Assembly: GCA_900617105.1 (NCBI GenBank)
Contig: UYFQ01000180.1
Location: forward strand, 1-54,530
From: Hydrurus foetidus
Taxonomy: Eukaryota
Direction of reading: 5' to 3'
Length of the DNA: 54,530 bases
This document shows positions 48,414 to 54,530 of the stretch, piece after piece; position 1 is the stretch's first letter, and each line of letters opens with the position of its first letter. A program made the translations under genes and the position numbers. The notes under the pieces were generated by a model, which saw only the letters and a program-made list of their open reading frames with translations, did not search any database and had not been told where the DNA came from.

Positions 48414-49736
48414 ATGATGTCCGGTCCTGAAATTGATGATGATCCGAAATCAAAGCGACAAAAGATTGATGTGAGTCGCCTCGTAAAACCGATGATTGTC
48501 CCGCCGGCTAAATATCAGACCATGTTGCTCAAACACGCACCCGAAGCGCTGTATAATGACATGAGTTTCGAGTTTGCAAGATTATCTACTGGTCGAGATT
48601 TGCTACTTTCTAGTGAAATCTACTACGTGTCAGCTGATGGCTGCATAGAGGGTCCCATGGCCGATATTGATTTAGAATTCTCAAAATTTGTCCGAGTCCC
48701 AGGTCACGACTTCCTAGTTATCTCGTTCTACCACTCTAAAAATTTCTCCATCACAGTTTGCGAGCTTCCTGCTATGACAGCGATTTCAACGATAGATGCA
48801 TGTTTTAGACTCGATGGTAAAGTGCAGTTGATGGCTGCCGACAAGGTATCTGAAAATGGCATTGGTCGTATATTGATCAGCACGAAGAACCTGCTGTATT
48901 TGCTGAATATTAACTCGGATGGCTTCGCTAAAATTATAAGCTGCGTCGACATGGCCGGTTGCGCTGCTTTGAGAACACTTGAAGGAGGGGAGGAGAGTTA
49001 CAGAGGACTCGCGAGAGAACTGAACCTATATCACGATCCAAACGGCGCTCCCATTGCTGTCATCACTGCCGATGGTGGCAGAATTGTTTTCCTCTCTATG
49101 ATGGGCCCTCAGTGCATTCCACCTTCTATTTTCGGCGAATTTGCATCATCAATTCCAGCAAAAATAGGAAATACATTTAAACCGTTTGTGGCTGCGCGCC
49201 GTCTGTTGCCCTCTCCAGGTCGAGTAACATTCAACAAGCCCTACGGTGTTGTTCTTCCTATGAGAGTCCTACATGCCCATCTCGGATGTCGTGGAAATGC
49301 TGAGGTGTTCGCTGCCAAAGTGTGGAAGCCCACAGCAGGGGGTAGTACGAAGCTGGTGACCGTGGGCACGGATGCGTGCATGGCTATTTCGAATCTTGAC
49401 GATGGAGTCTCTTTCTCTGATGAGTGCCTGCCATGCTGCAGCAGAAGCGTCACAGGAGGTAACAGTTTCCCAGTACATGCCCTTGCTGTGTACGGTGACG
49501 TGGCTTTCACCGGGTCGCATCTTGAGAAGGCTTGCTCGTTCTGGAATTTGTCAACTCCCATTGAACCTGCGCAGATCTCAATTGTCAAGGAAATCGGAAC
49601 CGAAATGCGATACGGAAAATTCCACATACAGTGTGTTGATTTCAGCGACGAAGGGGTCATAGCGTTCACCAACACTAACGACTGTGACGATGCAACTTTG
49701 AGTTTTCTTGTGCCTGCATATCCTTTAACTCCATAA
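48414..49736 (+). CDS. Intronless beta-propeller/WD40-like protein, function unknown
   Basis: 440-aa ORF; C-terminal WD-like blades (KLVTVGTDACMAISNL, VHALAVYGDVAFTGS...CSFWNL, IQCVDFS); basic N-terminal PKSKRQK. Confidence 0.7.
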   Translation: MMSGPEIDDDPKSKRQKIDVSRLVKPMIVPPAKYQTMLLKHAPEALYNDMSFEFARLSTGRDLLLSSEIYYVSADGCIEGPMADIDLEFSKFVRVPGHDFLVISFYHSKNFSITVCELPAMTAISTIDACFRLDGKVQLMAADKVSENGIGRILISTKNLLYLLNINSDGFAKIISCVDMAGCAALRTLEGGEESYRGLARELNLYHDPNGAPIAVITADGGRIVFLSMMGPQCIPPSIFGEFASSIPAKIGNTFKPFVAARRLLPSPGRVTFNKPYGVVLPMRVLHAHLGCRGNAEVFAAKVWKPTAGGSTKLVTVGTDACMAISNLDDGVSFSDECLPCCSRSVTGGNSFPVHALAVYGDVAFTGSHLEKACSFWNLSTPIEPAQISIVKEIGTEMRYGKFHIQCVDFSDEGVIAFTNTNDCDDATLSFLVPAYPLTP

Positions 49737-49890
49737 AGTCTTTTTTATTTAGTCAAAGTCCGTTACATCTTTACCGTATTCTATTATATCTTCACCGTAG
49801 TCCGTCAACTGAGTGTGCTAGTTTAGGAGACATAAATGGTTATTAAAAGAAATAAGAAATGGCTTGCAGTGCTGTAGTTTGTATGGCTAA

Positions 49891-51894
49891 CTACGGAGAT
49901 TGCGCTTCGAAAGCCTCTTCCTCTGCTTGTATAGCTCTCTTGTTGGCTACCGATCTAATGTACAAGAGGGCGGGTATCGCTATGCCCGCAGCGGGGAACA
50001 CCGCCCCTACTAGGAAGGGAAGGGCACCCACCGGGAGACTACCGGACATTTTAGAACGTTCGTACAGCAGCCCCGCGAACAGGGGACTAAGCACTCTGGC
50101 GCATGACTGCGCAGCTTGGTTGAATGCGAGGTCTCTGCCTTGTGTGGCTGGTGCTGAGTACCTGGAAGTGAATGGAATGATGCGTCATGAGATAAGGTGA
50201 GGTAACGTAAGATAATGAAGCGTGAATGGGGATTGTAGGCGGGTTAAATTGTGAAAACTGGTTGTTAAGGAATGCACCAAAGCAATTTAAAGATGTCACC
50301 TTGAGATCAGTGACGCAAGGGCTGTGTCTGCGATGGAATACCCCACTATGTGACCGGCAAACAGCATGAAGTGAAGAGTCTCCTTGCGCACCAAGGCAAC
50401 ACCCACCATGCCTGCCGCTAACAGGGCATTACCCACTGCTAGAGTGGCATGCTTGCCGATTAGGTTGATCATGGGTTTAATGAAGAACACTTGGAACACT
50501 CCTATGAAGAAACCGTTAAAAGCGAACAGAGTGGACAGTGCTCTCTCCCCATATCCGAAAGAGTCCTTCATAAACATGGCATAAATTGTTTCTGTTGCAA
50601 ATGCGTACATCAGCAGAAATCCGTTTAAAACTAGCAGCATGACTGAACTCTCAACCGGTAGACTTTTTTCTTTTTTTCCAACAACATTTATTTTCTTTGA
50701 TGAGCCTAGTGCTGCACCAGATGAGATGGGTATGTCGTTAATGTCTATACTGGCGACTACACTCTTCTTCGTCTCCTTAAAGAACAGCAGCGCTACCACG
50801 AAGCCTGTAAGAGGTAAGAGCCCAGACATTCTAATTTTCTGCCTTGTCGACAGTCCGGGCATGAGGGCGCTGAGGGTGGGGCCGAGAACGAATCCCATAC
50901 CAAATGTGGCCATGATTCTGCCCAAATACTTAGGTCTCTCTGCTTGGGATGACACATCGGCTACGCAGCTTTGCATTACTGGCACAAGTCCACCACATGA
51001 ACCAGCGATTATGCGCGCTAAAGCAACGCCTGTTAGAGTGTGCGCCTTGGACACGCAGAAGTAGGACACAGCCGAAGCCATTAAACACATCGATAAAACG
51101 AGTCTGCGCCCATATCTATCCGATATCTGACCCATCACCAGGCAGCCTATCATTTGTGCCACATAATTAGAGCTCACGACCATGCTGAGTTGCAATGCAT
51201 TAGCCCCAAGCTCCATGACGTAAAACGGTAACAACGGCATTGCTAACCCGACGGCTACCGCATCGAGCAAGAAGGCAAGATACAAAGGAAACAGCTGACG
51301 TGGGACGCCCATGAGCTCCTCACTTTTCATGGAAAGAGTTTCTGGCTTCAGCGCATCCTTGTTATCGATACTTGCTCTTGATCCTGGCTTTGAAATGGAG
51401 AATTCTGGTAATGGCTTGTAGGCCTTTCCGCTGCGAACATTCCAGAAAGAAGTTGTTTTAAGTGGATCAGCGACTCTGATCTTCGCATACGCCAGCAGAT
51501 TATCGAAGTTTCTAGATGGATCCAAATCATAGTGCAGAACCCACTGATTCTCAGACCAGTATAGATGAATCTTAATTCCTCTGGGATCGTTGATTACATT
51601 TCTCTCAAAGTGTGATCGACCATTGACATCTTCTGCCTGCAAATATGTGCCATCTAATGTTGTGAATCCCGATATCACAACAGCCTGTATTTCGTTGCCT
51701 TCACTACCATCCAACTCCACTTGTCCGCCGCCTCCAAATCCACCTCGGATCTTCAGAACTGAAGCTGTTTTGAGACGCTCATTTTCCTTCCACAAGTAGG
51801 AAGATTTCTTCGCAGCTGTAAACGAATGCCTTCTCTCAGCGTCTGCCAGTGACAGCAACAACAGGCAAATAATGATGATTTCTTTGACAATCAT
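49891..51894 (-). CDS. MFS transporter (DHA1/TetA-like) with signal peptide and N-terminal soluble domain, 2 exons (intron 50162-50299)
   Basis: LDAVAVGLAMPLLPFY, motif A GQISDRYGRR, ARIIAG, ADVS...ERPKYLG, motif C GMGFVLGP. Exon 2 reads YSAPATQGRDLAFNQAAQSCARVLSP in phase. Confidence 0.9.
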
Positions 51895-52253
51895 ATCTGT
51901 CCAAGGTAATCACGTCATTTTCATTTCAAATGACACAATTTGCTGGAAGCGCTTCCTTCACAAAATTTTGTTGATCGCAGTCACACCCGGGAGGCATTCC
52001 CGTCGGGAAATAGTTGCTCAATTCTATTGTAGAGATGCTGAATCTATCGTGCTGATGTGAAGGTGGAATACCTACTGGAATACCCACTGCATGAGATGAT
52101 CGATCCTGGGATCGAGATATCGATCCAAGATCCAACTCGAGTTCTAACTGTGAATCGTGAATCGTGATCGATGTAATCGAGTCTTTTAGCTCCATCAACA
52201 ACTCCTTTCATTTCTTGAAGCATTACAGTGGGTCCGACTACCACGGTCGTGCA

Positions 52254-54530
52254 ATGAAAAGAAACAGAATCGATGGGCAAGTGTCACGACAGGAATACGA
52301 CGAAGATTATGATGAACCAGCACAGCAACCAGGGAGCTTTTCTAGGGCTACACCGAATACACTAGCTGGCAGGAAATTCATCTCTGCTCAGAGAGGAGAC
52401 AAGAAATTTGAATTTGCAAAACATATCAAAGCACTCAATAGCACCTTTCATGCTTGGTTTACATCGCAAGTCAAAAATGATGCTGGTGCTGATCTTCAAG
52501 ATGGAGTGCAAGACTATATCGACTACGTGTCACAACTGGAGGACCGTTACCTCCGAAGTTACGGAGAGGTTTTAACTTTTGGTTCTGGAGACTGTGGGTG
52601 AGTAATTTTGTTTCTACGGGAATAACTTTCCGAGGAAACGTGGATGACAATCTACGCATTTCATATGATTCTCGCAGTCAGCTTGCTCATGGCATGGAAG
52701 ATGACAACGATTTGATGGTGCGTTTTCCTCGCATTGTTTACTCTCTCAGGTAAATCAGCAATCCATTTATTCACTGTTACCTTTTGCTTCCTCGGTTCCA
52801 AATTTCATTACTCAAAATCACTGCTCTTCGCTTCTGCACGATGATGAATACCTCTTATGTTTCGCTCTACTATTGATCTGTTTCATAATTACTGCGGATA
52901 GAGAGAAGAAAGTCATCGGGGTGGCATGTGGCGGACTTCACAATGCTGTGTGGACAGAGACGGTAATTCAACGAAATAGCATTCAAAATAGATGAAAAAT
53001 ATTTCTCAGATCAACATTTCTAATAATTGGTCCAAATGCAGGGACAAGTATTTACATGGGGCTGCGCTGATAACGGATCTTTAGGCAGAGTGGGTGATGA
53101 GTCCATGCCGATGCTGATTCAGGTGATGCTTCTAAATAAACAACGTATCACTTCATCGCTTGGTGTGGATCAAGTGCATCCATTGTGTCCATTCTTACGA
53201 CTGCACTCACAGTAATTGCAATGACACAATCAGGGACTCGTCAGTGCTGGTGAAACGATCATAGGAGTTGCATGTGGGGATGCCCAGACAATTGCTGTGA
53301 GCACTGCTGGCACCGTGTGGGGGTGGGGCTCCTACATCGACAAGGAGGGGAAGAAGTTCTTCAATCCAACTCAAGCAGGTTTGGTGTTGGTGTCGAACAT
53401 GCTGAACTCTCAAATGATTTATAAGAGCTTATGTATAAGATAGTAGTGACAAATATGTCTCCGTTTCCTTTGTATCTCACCTCACCGTCACTGGAGATCT
53501 ACAGTACGTAACAGTCAGTCCAGTACGTGATAGCCCGCTCCACTTCCGTCTGATGTGTGTCTATTACAGCACGAGAGTAGAGCAGTAAAACATACCATGA
53601 TATATTGTGAACTTGAAAGAATATGTCGCAGTGTTGGAAGATGCGAAATAAAGGAGGTAAATGGAGTAGAATTCGAACTGAAAGGGATGCAGAAACAGTA
53701 GACATAGGGACAGAGGAGAGAGCGTAGCATTCAATTCGATGATGCACCTGTGCTGTAGTGAACTACATAAGGCTTGCACTATAGTTGTTGACTGATTGCA
53801 CTGTGAATGCTTCAATTCTCTAAATGGGAAACAACTGCTTTAACCTAATCTACTCCTTCATTATCCTTACATGACGCACAATGTGATGGTCCTACTCTCT
53901 GTAACTCTTATCTGCCTGTATCCATGCAGCGCGTAGTCAAGCTGGTGACATTAAGAAGCAACAGAATGACCCTATTCAAATACAGGTAAGCCACTGACTG
54001 ACTTCTTGACTGATCGACTTGATCATTATCATGGAATGACGCAACACGGCTTCCCACTGGACTGATACGTAATAATTCGTGTGATTTTCCGTCAATTTCA
54101 TTGTTCATCGTCTAATATGTATAATCCTCAATCTATTTTATTCTCATTGTAATCGTTCATTGCTCGTCGTCTCCACCTTATTGAGACAATGTATGTATCT
54201 GGTCGTACTCAACACACCACACGCACTTACCTCTCTCCCCTTCACTCCCTCACTCTGCTTGTGTACGTACTCTCCGAAGGGTCTCGCGGATGTAGTTGAA
54301 GTAGCTTGTGGCAGTGCTTTCAATCTAGCGCTGTGCGATGACGGCACGGTGTACTCATGGGGCCTAGGTAAGTCTTTTACACTGCTGCATGTTTCCTGTA
54401 TCCATCTGTGTGTCTGCCTCCTTCTCTGTCTGTTGGTATGTTTTTCTGTTCGTCTGTATGCATATCTGCTTATCTGCCTGTCTGTTTATTGGCCTGTGCG
54501 TTTGTCTGCGTGCCGACACTTTCTATATGA
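52254..54530 (+). CDS. RCC1: RCC1 (Ran GEF) with N-terminal Nup50/Nup2-like modules; multi-exon, 3' end outside window
   Basis: Exons about 52254-52597, 52678-52749, 52902-52961, 53042-53122, 53234-53378, 53929-53985, 54280-54367. They give GEVLTFGSGDCGQLAHG, VACGGLHN...GQVFTWGCADNGSLGR, VACGDAQT...GTVWGWGSYIDKEG, VACGSAFNLAL..DGTVYSWGLG. Confidence 0.85.

Overview
Eukaryotic nuclear DNA with GT-AG introns, many filled by microsatellites. It is most likely from a plastid-bearing stramenopile (ochrophyte): several proteins carry bipartite signal plus transit presequences with an A-F cleavage motif. The taxon is an inference. Left to right: the 3' half of a Ty1/copia retrotransposon (RT, RNase H, PPT, 3' LTR); a SEP-UBX p97 adaptor; a long PPR gene; a TA-flanked MITE; a stand-alone ABC ATPase; a TPR protein with a likely thylakoid-lumen presequence; a bacterial-type tRNA 2-selenouridine synthase (MnmH/SelU) with a plastid-type presequence; a class II CPD photolyase; a WD40-like gene; a pogo/Fot1-like DNA transposon with both TIRs; a CREST-family membrane protein; WDR59 (GATOR2); a small plastid protein; a second WD40-like gene; an MFS transporter; and the 5' part of an RCC1 gene. 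Three observations stand out. (1) RCC1 is fused in frame to the two conserved N-terminal modules of Nup50/Nup2. (2) The neighbouring mnmH and photolyase genes are each bracketed by their own ~300-380 bp inverted duplication of the gene's 3' flank. (3) The selenouridine synthase appears to be plastid-targeted. Exon boundaries and repeat alignments were read by eye and need confirmation.
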